From Synechococcus sp. A15-28 (GTDB taxonomy: Bacteria > Cyanobacteriota > Cyanobacteriia > PCC-6307 > Cyanobiaceae), in contig NZ_CP047931.1 of assembly GCF_014280175.1 (NCBI RefSeq), forward strand, positions 300,001 through 332,000: DNA of 32,000 nt. The letters run 5' to 3'. A model generated the notes under the pieces. The model made no database searches and was not told the origin of the DNA. It worked only from the letters and a program-made list of their open reading frames with translations. Shown piece after piece: positions 18,394 to 26,303 of this stretch. The position numbers were made by a program, and so were the translations under genes. The first letter of the stretch is position 1. Each line of letters opens with the position of its first letter.

Positions 18394-18640
18394 CTGAACT
18401 AGCGCCAAAGCTGATGAAGCATTCGACCACCGACAGATGGCGGAGGCATTCCGCAAACGCATCAAGGTCTTTCCTGGCGCCTACATCAACCTCAGGTGCA
18501 CCACTCCGCGCCACCTCGAGCCCGATGTGTCCTGAGACGAGCAGATCAGTAACGGCACGAACAGTAACTGTGTCAATTAGCAGATTGTCACCTAGCTTTT
18601 AAAATGCTGTTCACTTCTCAAGAGCGGGCAGACGCGGGTG

Positions 18641-19018
18641 CTAATTGAGCCACTGCGACGGGATCTCTGGCCCAATTGAGTATGGGAAGCCGTGCCTCTT
18701 CGCCCACATCGAGAAGGTGGTGGAGCTGTTCTTGGCGATGGGTCGGTCGTTATAAAACAAGAAGCGCAGATCTAAGTCCTCGTTCTGCTCAGATGCCTTT
18801 TGATATTTGGCTCTATCTTCTGCACTCATCGAGCCACCTTTGCACTCAACATAGAAGTCTTGACCTTCAACTCTGAAGTCTGGCGTGTAGTGATGGTGGC
18901 TGACATAGTGAGTTCTTTTTGGCTCGTAATCGAAACAATGCCCATTCTCGACCAGGTTCTCTGCAACCAGATATTCGAACTTGCTTCTAAAGCCGTTCCA
19001 AGCTTGTAAAGATGACAC
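18641..19018 (-). CDS. Phage T7 endonuclease I (gp3)-like Holliday-junction resolvase
   Basis: 125 aa that aligns along its length with T7 gp3: FRSKFEYLVAENL..., HYTPDF, FYVECKG, DLDLRFLF, and a C-terminal IPSQWL versus IPAEWI. The catalytic E, D, E and K positions are all present. Confidence 0.8.
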   Translation of the reverse strand: MSSLQAWNGFRSKFEYLVAENLVENGHCFDYEPKRTHYVSHHHYTPDFRVEGQDFYVECKGGSMSAEDRAKYQKASEQNEDLDLRFLFYNDRPIAKNSSTTFSMWAKRHGFPYSIGPEIPSQWLN

Positions 19019-19210
19019 TGTAACTGCGCTTGACTAAGTTAAATATAGCGCAAGAATGCAGTCACAGGAACGGATAAAAGGCGAGCAGGAAGTCTATCTA
19101 GACCAGTAATAAGGCAGAAAGAGCTTGTTTGTATGTATTTTTAATTGCACGTAGGCATTTGACTGCATGTAGCTTAGAGCAGAGTTAAAGCAACTCATAC
19201 GAAGGAGAGA

Positions 19211-19528
19211 CCTCAAATATCTCAATCTCAACCTCAACCTTTTTTCGTGTATGGATATTTTCATGCCTGTGGCACTGATTTAACGCTCCAATCAGGTTCT
19301 TTTCCCCCTTTCCTCTCTTTAACTTCTTTTACTTAAAAAGGTTGATCAGGTTAAGACAGATGGGCTGAAGTGCTGTCATGCCAATGGATCAAGAGCATCT
19401 CAACCTAGTGTCTCAACCTCGCCTCAACCTCAACTAAAAAGGCATCAAACGGGTCCAACGGTGGAAGGGAAGCATCTCAACCTTCAGCAATCACGCAGGT
19501 TGAGATGGAGGTTAAGCAGGAGGTTAAG
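19211..19528. repeat. Iteron-like array of CTCAACCT / AGGTTRAG 8-mers (candidate replication origin)
   Basis: Forward CTCAACCT occurs at 19227, 19233, 19399, 19412, 19423 and 19476. Inverted AGGTT(G/A)A(G/T) occurs at 19339, 19348, 19497, 19509 and 19521. An 11-bp inverted repeat pairs 19473-19483 with 19497-19507. The array is non-coding and lies just 3' of the primase-helicase gene. Confidence 0.6.
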
Positions 19529-19536
19529 AGCGGCAT

Positions 19537-21006
19537 TCATTCTGATTGGTGCCAGTAATAACCACGAACGCCATTGATTGTCTTCTGCTGGTCATCTTTG
19601 CGGAAACCCTTTGCTTGCAACAAGGCGGCCATACGCATTTCTTCCCTTCGTCCTAGCTTCTCTTCCCAGCCGTCAAACCCGACGCCCCTCAATGCATCCA
19701 GGGTAGTGAAATATTCATGAGGTTCCTTATCAATAACACCATATTCATTCATACCTAACAACCATTTATCGAGCCATTTATCGAGCTTCGCACTCCACAT
19801 ATCTTCAGGCAAGTAGCCTTTGTTTTGTTGGTTAGATAGCTCTTGATTCTCTAACGAAAGCATGGGCTTTTCACCAGCACGATAGGCGAGAATTGCAGCC
19901 TTCCAGATGCGATCTCTGTCTCGAGCTACAAGTTCAACAGGGATAAATTCTTGTTTCTGGGCCTTCTGCGGAAGCGAGAGTACTTGGAAGCGTCTGTTCC
20001 CGCTTGGATCTCTTAAAAAGTCATCTCCATTGACGCTCGAAACCATAATGCTGCGGCGATTATCACGCTCAATGTTTCGTCCATAGGGTTTCTTGATCAT
20101 GTCCGATGCAGTAGTGATCAGGGCTTTTAATTCGCCCACACCTTTCTTGCTGGTGATGTTTTCAAGCTCTGCAAGTTCAAAGATCCAACAGCTGTGCATA
20201 TTCATGATCATCTCTTTGTTGTCCTTTGGCGTTGAATCGCAGAACCACAACGGGCTGCACAATATTTTCCAGAATGTAGATTTTCGGATGCCCTGATCAC
20301 CTTTGAGAACCACAACAGTGTCAAACTGGCATCCAGGCTCAAACCGCCTTGCAACTGCACCCAGTAATGCCACCTTCATCATCTGATCACTCAGATTCGA
20401 TTCAGTATTTAGGTAATTAGTCGCAATTTTATTTATATCGACAGGCTCTACATCATCTGCTTTCTCCAGATATTGCAAATAATCGAGTACTGGGTCATAG
20501 CGATGCTTCTGAGCAACTCTGAGCAGACCATCACACCATGGCTTTTGTTCGAAGTTCCAGCCTTGCTGCTGCATATCTGCATAAGAGACCAGAGTTTCAT
20601 CTTCTGGAAGTGCAACGCCACCGAACTCATAAACACGCGCCAATTCATTCAGCTTGAGATGGCTGCCTACGTACTTCTCCAGCAGGGTTATGACCGCACC
20701 AGCGTTCAACCGTGGAGCAGGTCTCTGTTCACCGTTTTCATCCAGCTCCTGGGGGAACAAACCGACCGTCTTGATTAACCCAGACAGCCCACCACTTTCT
20801 GGTGCTGCTATTGCCCTGACTGGTTCGCTGTAGCCGTTTTTCTTGGCCTCCTTGATCAGAGTTCCAATTCCGACGCCTTCACCCGGCGCCTTCTCGCTGA
20901 AGCTGTCCCACTTCTGCACAAACTCCGATTCATCGAAGTTGCTCATTGGCCTGCTCCACTCAACCCAGTCATTGAGCAGACCTTCGTCAACGCTGTGCAG
21001 CGCCAT
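19537..21006 (-). CDS. PriCT-2 / VirE-family P-loop NTPase (primase-associated helicase-like) C-terminal part of replication protein
   Basis: 489 aa. WVEWSRPMSNFDESEFVQKWDSF...IGTLIKEAKKNGY is PriCT-2-like, followed by a VirE-like core with the Walker A motif LKGDQGIRKSTFW. PriCT-2 similarity continues upstream of the Met to the TAA at 21055-21057. Confidence 0.8.
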   Translation of the reverse strand: MALHSVDEGLLNDWVEWSRPMSNFDESEFVQKWDSFSEKAPGEGVGIGTLIKEAKKNGYSEPVRAIAAPESGGLSGLIKTVGLFPQELDENGEQRPAPRLNAGAVITLLEKYVGSHLKLNELARVYEFGGVALPEDETLVSYADMQQQGWNFEQKPWCDGLLRVAQKHRYDPVLDYLQYLEKADDVEPVDINKIATNYLNTESNLSDQMMKVALLGAVARRFEPGCQFDTVVVLKGDQGIRKSTFWKILCSPLWFCDSTPKDNKEMIMNMHSCWIFELAELENITSKKGVGELKALITTASDMIKKPYGRNIERDNRRSIMVSSVNGDDFLRDPSGNRRFQVLSLPQKAQKQEFIPVELVARDRDRIWKAAILAYRAGEKPMLSLENQELSNQQNKGYLPEDMWSAKLDKWLDKWLLGMNEYGVIDKEPHEYFTTLDALRGVGFDGWEEKLGRREEMRMAALLQAKGFRKDDQQKTINGVRGYYWHQSE

Positions 21007-21054
21007 CCCAACCTTGAGCCAGTTGTCGTAGTCCTCAAAGTCAGCTGGAGAGAG

Positions 21055-21792
21055 TTACTTCAGAGCAGCAAGCGCCTTTTGTCTGTTGTGTTCTTGTTCT
21101 GCGTCTGAAAGATCTTTCTGAGGCTTAGGGCAGTTCTTAGGCAGATAAGAGTCAGTCTCCAAGAGAGCTTCCAACAACCACTCATGAGCTTCTGCAACGT
21201 CCACCTCTTGTGGTGAGCAGCCCTTTACCCAGCGGTAGCCACCTGTTTCTGGATGCTTTCCAGCAATGACGCTTTGCAGATTTGATCCTTGAGCGGGAAA
21301 GCGGGCCTCAAAAACTATGGATCCGCCTTGCCTCCACTGCCTGTGTCTGAGCTTGTCCCGCCACGCAGATGGAACTGAGAAAGCAATCTGACGCCGGTCT
21401 GGTTTTCCGCTGGTCCAAGCGAGGGAGGAAGGTAAATCAGAGGAGGGTCGCCCGAACAGACGCAGGAATTCCTCTTCTGAACCTGGACCGTCAAAGTCAA
21501 TCGCACCAACCCCTAAAGATCTTTCACCGAGGATCAATCCAACGGCTTTTGGTTGCATCTGTTGAATCTGTTCTGCCGTATATCCCTCGAATCCTTTCCA
21601 CTTCAGTTCACTGTTGGTTTTGTAGTCCCATGGAACTTTGTTGTCATCGACTGGGAGATAGCGCCATTCTTTTGGACAGGCACTTAGATCTTCATACTGG
21701 TTGCTATGACAGGTTTTGTCTGCCTGTTCTGGATATAATGAGGCAGGGGAATCCGCCTGCTGATTAGCTTCAAACATTTTTAATTTAAGCAA
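21055..21792 (-). CDS. Bifunctional primase-polymerase (Prim-Pol) domain protein
   Basis: 245 aa with AVGLILGERSLGVGAIDFDG and FEARFPAQGSNLQSVIAGKHPETGGYRW, which fit the Prim-Pol N-terminal domain pattern. It is in the same frame as the downstream ORF, separated by one stop codon. Confidence 0.75.
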   Translation of the reverse strand: MLKLKMFEANQQADSPASLYPEQADKTCHSNQYEDLSACPKEWRYLPVDDNKVPWDYKTNSELKWKGFEGYTAEQIQQMQPKAVGLILGERSLGVGAIDFDGPGSEEEFLRLFGRPSSDLPSSLAWTSGKPDRRQIAFSVPSAWRDKLRHRQWRQGGSIVFEARFPAQGSNLQSVIAGKHPETGGYRWVKGCSPQEVDVAEAHEWLLEALLETDSYLPKNCPKPQKDLSDAEQEHNRQKALAALK

Positions 21793-21828
21793 GATTACTG
21801 GTGCAGCTGTTGACGCAGCTGTGCTTTT

Positions 21829-22011
21829 TTATTTGTGGAGTTGAAGGGGCAAGTGTTCAATTGCGATCTGACGAACCAGTCCGCTCAACGTTGTTTCGCG
21901 CGATTGAGCTCTGCGGTGTAGCTCATCACGAAATTGTCTTGAACAGCGGATTTTGATGTCAGATTCCTGCAAACAGGAGATGTATCCAGGTGCCATGAAT
22001 AATCGTTTCAT
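21829..22011 (-). CDS. Ribbon-helix-helix (CopG/Arc-like) DNA-binding protein
   Basis: 60 aa. IKIRCSRQFRDELHRRAQSRETTLSGLVRQIAIEHL fits a beta-strand, helix, helix RHH layout. Confidence 0.55.
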   Translation of the reverse strand: MKRLFMAPGYISCLQESDIKIRCSRQFRDELHRRAQSRETTLSGLVRQIAIEHLPLQLHK

Positions 22012-22061
22012 TCATATCTTCAACGTACCGCACAAATTCCCTATCTGTTTGAGTTTCTTGC

Positions 22062-22388
22062 TCATAATGAACCTCCACAATTCAGCTTGTACGACTCAAA
22101 ATCTTTCACGGCCTTTGCCGCGTGATAGTGCCTACGCACTCCCGATTTTGTTGGTTTCTCCCTGATGGATTCTGCTTTAAAGACTCCCATCTTCGCTAGT
22201 CGGCAGATGTGATCAGGGTGTTTCCCAACCAGCTGCCCAAACTCTTTTGGAGATAGCCATTTAGTGGGAGAAGGGTATGTAATCGCCCGCCTAATCTCCT
22301 CAAGCTTTTTGGACTGTTCTTTCATATGGCTTTCTATCGAAGCCAGTGTCAAGTGAAATCCTTGACTGGATGTAGAGGGATTGTGCAT
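22062..22388 (-). CDS. xis: Excisionase-type helix-turn-helix protein (Xis/AlpA-like)
   Basis: 108 aa. KWLSPKEFGQLVGKHPDHICRLAKMGVF...RRHYH resembles excisionase-family HTH_17 domains. It sits between the integrase and the replication genes. Confidence 0.55.
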   Translation of the reverse strand: MHNPSTSSQGFHLTLASIESHMKEQSKKLEEIRRAITYPSPTKWLSPKEFGQLVGKHPDHICRLAKMGVFKAESIREKPTKSGVRRHYHAAKAVKDFESYKLNCGGSL

Positions 22389-22657
22389 CCGTCGATATTT
22401 GTACTGAACCCTTCTTATCGGATGAAATCGTCTTCTGTTTGAGTTTTTCTAGGTTTTTGTGGCTGTGATGTTCTGCTCAGCTTTAGCGGTATAGAGCAAA
22501 AGCTAAAACTATGCCAGTTTTAACCAGTTATAATTGTCAAATTCCGTATGCGGTCTAGCTTCTTTGGTCTGAGGCACTGCATAGTGTGCAGGTGATCATG
22601 AAGATATTGAAGAAACTCTGGAGAAAATATTCGTACCATGTTGTCAGGAATCTCAGA

Positions 22658-23854
22658 TCAGTCGAGGATTATTAGCTTTGCGAGCACATCCTCTTCTTGC
22701 ATCGCTGTGATCTCTTGCAAGTAAGTATTTTCGTGCGTCTGCATTGAATGTCCCATAGCTCTGGCGGCTAGATAAGTGTCGAAACGTTTTAGTGCCGCTT
22801 GTATTCCCCAGTAATGCCTGACTCCAAGCTTGTTGTACTCAGGCCAAATCTTTCTAGCTGCTTTTGCGGCTTCACTGTCCCTCAGAAATGCTCTCCACCT
22901 GTTCTCGAAGCATTTCACTCTTGAACTGCTGCGTTGTGTGTTTTTCAGAGGCTTTAGAGCTTCAGTGTATTCATCAGGAGTTGTCCAGCGAAAGTCTCCA
23001 GGTATGTACACATTCGTGAGTTCATAGCGTTCAACCCACTTCATCGAGAGTGCAATGGCGGTTCTTGTGTTTTGAGGTCCACCTTCTCTCTTATCGATCG
23101 TTAAGCAGTCCGCAAGCTTCCCTCCCAGCTTTGGAACTAGGGATGCGGTTTCATTTACTCGGCAGCCGTATATCGCATGTGCTGCAGTGCACCAGCCCCA
23201 TTCAGTTCCTTGAAGTGCGTCTAGGAATGCTTGAAGCTGTTCCAAGCTTTCTGGAACGGCACGTTTTGGTGCTTTGTATTTTGCTTTGATTTCTAGAATT
23301 GCGGTTGTGTTTAAAGAGTTGGCCTTCGCGATTTGTAGAGCTGCGGATTTCTCTTTTTTTCTCCTGTTACTTCCTGCGGGCGCTCTCTCAACAAGTGCGA
23401 CCAAAAGTTCGCTGGTCAAGCTGGCGTTTTCGTAACCCTTCAACAGTCCTCGAACGGTGTAGCCCTTCCGGGTGAATCCATCGTTTGTATTTGGCTTCAG
23501 ATCGTGGTCGGCTCTCTCGCGCCTCTCCCACTCCGCAATGGCTTCTGAGCCGGTTAAGGGTGTGTTCTGTGCTTTGAGGGCTGTCTGACGTGCTTTAAGG
23601 GATGCTTTTGGGTCGCCTCCTGCCTTGATGACGATCCAGGCCTCTCGCGCCAGTTCCTTGGCTTCTTCGATGCCCGCGGAAGTGGCTTTGATCCCTAGCG
23701 CTATTCGTTGAGACTTTCTCTCTTGCCCAATAGAAGCCCAGGTTCCTCTTAGATAAAGAGTTCCGGTTTGTTCTGGTCGCTGGATCTTCAGTGGTATGCC
23801 GCCCATCGCCAAAAACTCATTGGCTTGCTTGATGGCTGAGTCAATGTTCGTCAT
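22658..23854 (-). CDS. int: Tyrosine recombinase / integrase
   Basis: 398 aa. The C-terminal catalytic region has YGCRVNE (Arg I), GVRHYWG (Arg-His) and MGHSMQTHENTYL (His and the Tyr nucleophile). It is adjacent to attR and the tRNA. Confidence 0.85.
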   Translation of the reverse strand: MTNIDSAIKQANEFLAMGGIPLKIQRPEQTGTLYLRGTWASIGQERKSQRIALGIKATSAGIEEAKELAREAWIVIKAGGDPKASLKARQTALKAQNTPLTGSEAIAEWERRERADHDLKPNTNDGFTRKGYTVRGLLKGYENASLTSELLVALVERAPAGSNRRKKEKSAALQIAKANSLNTTAILEIKAKYKAPKRAVPESLEQLQAFLDALQGTEWGWCTAAHAIYGCRVNETASLVPKLGGKLADCLTIDKREGGPQNTRTAIALSMKWVERYELTNVYIPGDFRWTTPDEYTEALKPLKNTQRSSSRVKCFENRWRAFLRDSEAAKAARKIWPEYNKLGVRHYWGIQAALKRFDTYLAARAMGHSMQTHENTYLQEITAMQEEDVLAKLIILD

Positions 23855-23887
23855 CTAACTGCTCGCAGACCGTTGAAATCCTTAAGA

Positions 23888-23923
23888 ACTTGCCTCGTGG
23901 GACTTGCCAAAAACTTGCCAAAT
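23888..23923 (+). repeat. Tandem ACTTGCCAAA repeats between int start and attR (candidate arm-type sites / int promoter-operator)
   Basis: ACTTGCC(tcg) lies at 23888, with ACTTGCCAAA at 23902 and 23913 (11-bp spacing). The core 8-mer and orientation match the repeats at 13753-13799. Confidence 0.5.
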
Positions 23924-24052
23924 CCGGGGGTGACATAACCCGATTTATCGGATCACTAGAGGACAGTCAACTCCACCGCCTCGCTTCGCTGAAACCCCAA
24001 ACAGGCTGGCCTTTCTAAGGTTTAAGTCGTATTCGACTATCATTCAGTTCAA

Positions 24053-24134
24053 GCCCACCTGGCGGAATTGGTAGACGCGCTGGTTTTAGGTACCAGTGGC
24101 CTTGGTCGTGGGGGTTCAAGTCCCCCGGTGGGCA
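24053..24134 (+). tRNA. tRNA-Leu (anticodon UAG), class II with long variable arm
   Basis: Cloverleaf read by hand. The acceptor pairs GCCCACC with GGTGGGC. The anticodon stem pairs CTGGT with ACCAG around loop TTTAGGT. The variable arm is long and the T arm is GGGGG-TTCAAGT-CCCCC. No CCA is encoded. Confidence 0.93.
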
Positions 24135-24186
24135 TTCCTTTCTCTACCTTGGTTGCGGACTTTTCAGCTTCTGCCCTGATCGCCGG

Positions 24187-25218
24187 ATGACACAGAGCTC
24201 TGCTCTCCATCAGCAGCCTCGTCCGGTCCCTACGGGGTATCGATCAGTGCCGCGTGAATTCGTGGATCCACCCGCTGCCTGGAATCCCACCGTTGCGCTG
24301 TTCCTCGGTGGATATGTCCTGGCGGGCTTCACGATCTGGGGCTGGTTTCTGGGTGGCCTGCCGCTGCCGTTTCTTCTTTGCACGGGCTTTCTGGCCCTGC
24401 ATCTGGAAGGAACCGTGATCCATGACGCCTGCCACAACGCGGCGCATCCCAACCGCTGGATCAATCAGGCGATGGGACACGGTTCAGCCCTGCTGCTGGG
24501 TTTCAGCTTTCCGGTGTTCACCCGTGTGCACCTGGAGCATCACGCCCATGTGAACGATCCCAAGAACGATCCCGATCACATCGTCAGCACGTTCGGGCCC
24601 CTTTGGCTCATCGCGCCGCGCTTTTTCTATCACGAGTGGTTTTTCTTCCAGCGGAGGTTGTGGAAGCGCTGGGAACTCATGCAGTGGGGATTTGAGCGCA
24701 GCGTGTTTGTGGTGATTGTCCTGGCTGCCGCACGCTTTGAGTTTCTCCCCTTCATCTTCAATTGCTGGTTTGCCCCGGCTCTGATGGTGGGTGTGACCCT
24801 CGGGCTCTTCTTTGATTACCTGCCCCATCGCCCCTTCACATCCAGAAACCGCTGGACTAATGCCCGGATCTATCCGGGGCGTCTGATGAACTGGTTGATC
24901 ATGGGCCAGAACTATCACCTGGTTCATCACCTGTGGCCATCGATTCCCTGGTTTGAGTACAAGCCTGCCTACGAAGCCACCAAGCCTCTCCTTGATTCGA
25001 AGGGATCACCTCAGCGTCTGGGAATCTTCGAGACGCGTCGGGATGGATACAACTTCCTCTACGACATTCTTGTGGGCGTCCGCAGCCACAAACGTCGCCG
25101 CGGAAAGATGCGTCGTGCAGCGCGATTCATGCCGATGCGATCTCTTCAACGCCACTGGCTGGGATTTGTTGATCGCATTGCCATCAAAACCGAGCCAAGG
25201 CGACCGATCAATCGCTGA
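24187..25218 (+). CDS. crtR: Beta-carotene hydroxylase (CrtR-type, fatty-acid-desaturase fold)
   Basis: 343 aa with three histidine boxes (HDACHN, HLEHHAH, HLVHHLWPSIPW) and TM segments. Confidence 0.8.
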   Translation: MTQSSALHQQPRPVPTGYRSVPREFVDPPAAWNPTVALFLGGYVLAGFTIWGWFLGGLPLPFLLCTGFLALHLEGTVIHDACHNAAHPNRWINQAMGHGSALLLGFSFPVFTRVHLEHHAHVNDPKNDPDHIVSTFGPLWLIAPRFFYHEWFFFQRRLWKRWELMQWGFERSVFVVIVLAAARFEFLPFIFNCWFAPALMVGVTLGLFFDYLPHRPFTSRNRWTNARIYPGRLMNWLIMGQNYHLVHHLWPSIPWFEYKPAYEATKPLLDSKGSPQRLGIFETRRDGYNFLYDILVGVRSHKRRRGKMRRAARFMPMRSLQRHWLGFVDRIAIKTEPRRPINR

Positions 25219-25222
25219 TTGA

Positions 25223-25516
25223 TCAATCCGCCAGGATTTTCGGCACCCGGAAGAAATCTCCCTCCCGCAACGGCGCCTGGTTGAGAATTTCCTCGCGGAC
25301 TGGCGTTGGGGTGACGCCATCTGCACGGGTCACGTTGGTCACCTCAACGGCACGGGTGGTTTCACGGACTCCCTCGGTGTCGATGCTTTCCAGCTGACCG
25401 ACATATTCGAGGATCGACTCGAGCTGACCGGTGTACGTGGCGATCTTCTCTTCGGGAAGATCAAGCCTTGCCAGCTTGGCCACCTTACGCACGTCATCGC
25501 TGGAGATCCGGCTCAT
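25223..25516 (-). CDS. gatC: Asp-tRNA(Asn)/Glu-tRNA(Gln) amidotransferase subunit C
   Basis: 97 aa. [24 protein letters not shown]...ILEYV is typical GatC. Confidence 0.9.
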   Translation of the reverse strand: MSRISSDDVRKVAKLARLDLPEEKIATYTGQLESILEYVGQLESIDTEGVRETTRAVEVTNVTRADGVTPTPVREEILNQAPLREGDFFRVPKILAD

Positions 25517-26301
25517 GCTTCGCTGAGGAAACTGCGGAGATCTTCGCTCAGCGCGGTGGCGGCTGTCTCGAGCAGCGCTGCACCGTGTTCCGCGGTGGCC
25601 AGTGACGGATGCGATCCCATGCGACCGTCCGGGTGACGCCGTCTGAAGTCATCAGGACTGTGGATGGGTCCCGCTGGTGCAGGATCCGGCAGGGGGCGCT
25701 GCTTGGTTTGAAGGCTTGGCTCCACTTTCAGGGTCACGGCGATCTCGCTCGGCGTGGCGTGGTGACCCTCTTTGTTGCCGTAAAGATCCCGGGCTTGCCG
25801 CATCACCGGTCCGGCCATGAACCAATTGGCCAGTCGGCAGCGCAGTTGCGGTGCTGCAGGCAGATCGCGGCTGGCGGCCGTGCCATAGGCCTGGGCGAAA
25901 GCGGCCTTGGTGGTGGCGATGTTGCCGCCATGGCCGTTGATCACGAACACCCGTTCAAAGCCGTGACGGGCAAGGGACAGCACCAGGTCGTGCATCACCG
26001 CCAGCAGGGTGGCCGGTTGCAGGCTCATGGTGCCGGCGAAGCCAAGGTGATGCTCGGCCATGCCGAAGGCCTGAGCAGGGGTCACCAACACCCCGGTGCG
26101 ACGCCCGACCTCCAGGGCCACGGCTTCCGCGGTCAGGGCATCCGTCCCGATGGCTCCTGTGGGACCGTGCTGTTCCGTTGATCCCAAGGGAACGATCACC
26201 CCTTTGCAGTGATCGAGATAGGTCTCGACCTCTGGCCAGCTGCGCAGGGCCAGGCGGATTGCTTCGGTGCTGTCGACGGGGCCGGGGAGGCTTGCAGTCA
26301 T
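25513..26301 (-). CDS. Creatininase-family amidohydrolase
   Basis: 262 aa with [19 protein letters not shown] and HATPSEIA motifs of the creatininase family. The stop overlaps the gatC start by 4 nt. Confidence 0.8.
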   Translation of the reverse strand: MTASLPGPVDSTEAIRLALRSWPEVETYLDHCKGVIVPLGSTEQHGPTGAIGTDALTAEAVALEVGRRTGVLVTPAQAFGMAEHHLGFAGTMSLQPATLLAVMHDLVLSLARHGFERVFVINGHGGNIATTKAAFAQAYGTAASRDLPAAPQLRCRLANWFMAGPVMRQARDLYGNKEGHHATPSEIAVTLKVEPSLQTKQRPLPDPAPAGPIHSPDDFRRRHPDGRMGSHPSLATAEHGAALLETAATALSEDLRSFLSEA

Positions 26302-26303
26302 GC

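Larger units (their letters stand above)
13661..24098. mobile_element. tRNA-Leu-integrated genomic island / integrative element (~10.4 kb)
   Basis: A perfect 46-bp direct repeat sits at both ends, and a tyrosine integrase lies next to the intact tRNA. Composition drops sharply to AT-rich inside the repeats. The interior holds Xis, RHH, primase-helicase, IS remnants and cargo. Confidence 0.9.

Noticed and set aside
18269-18602. ORFs 18269..18514 (-), 18142..18465 (-) and 18360..18602 (+) between the recombinase and endonuclease I genes.
   Set aside because: They overlap one another, have no recognisable motifs, and cover the repeat-rich putative res region. I treat this stretch as non-coding.
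19211-19528. Possible CRISPR array, given the many short repeats.
   Set aside because: The repeat units are only 8 nt, occur in both orientations, partly overlap and have irregular spacing. There are no 25-40 nt repeats with unique spacers and no cas genes in the window. Iterons are a better explanation.
22520-22639. 39-codon minus-strand ORF (MVRIFSPEFLQYLHDHL...) just downstream of int.
   Set aside because: It is short, has no recognisable motif, and sits in an AT-rich intergenic region where such ORFs arise by chance.
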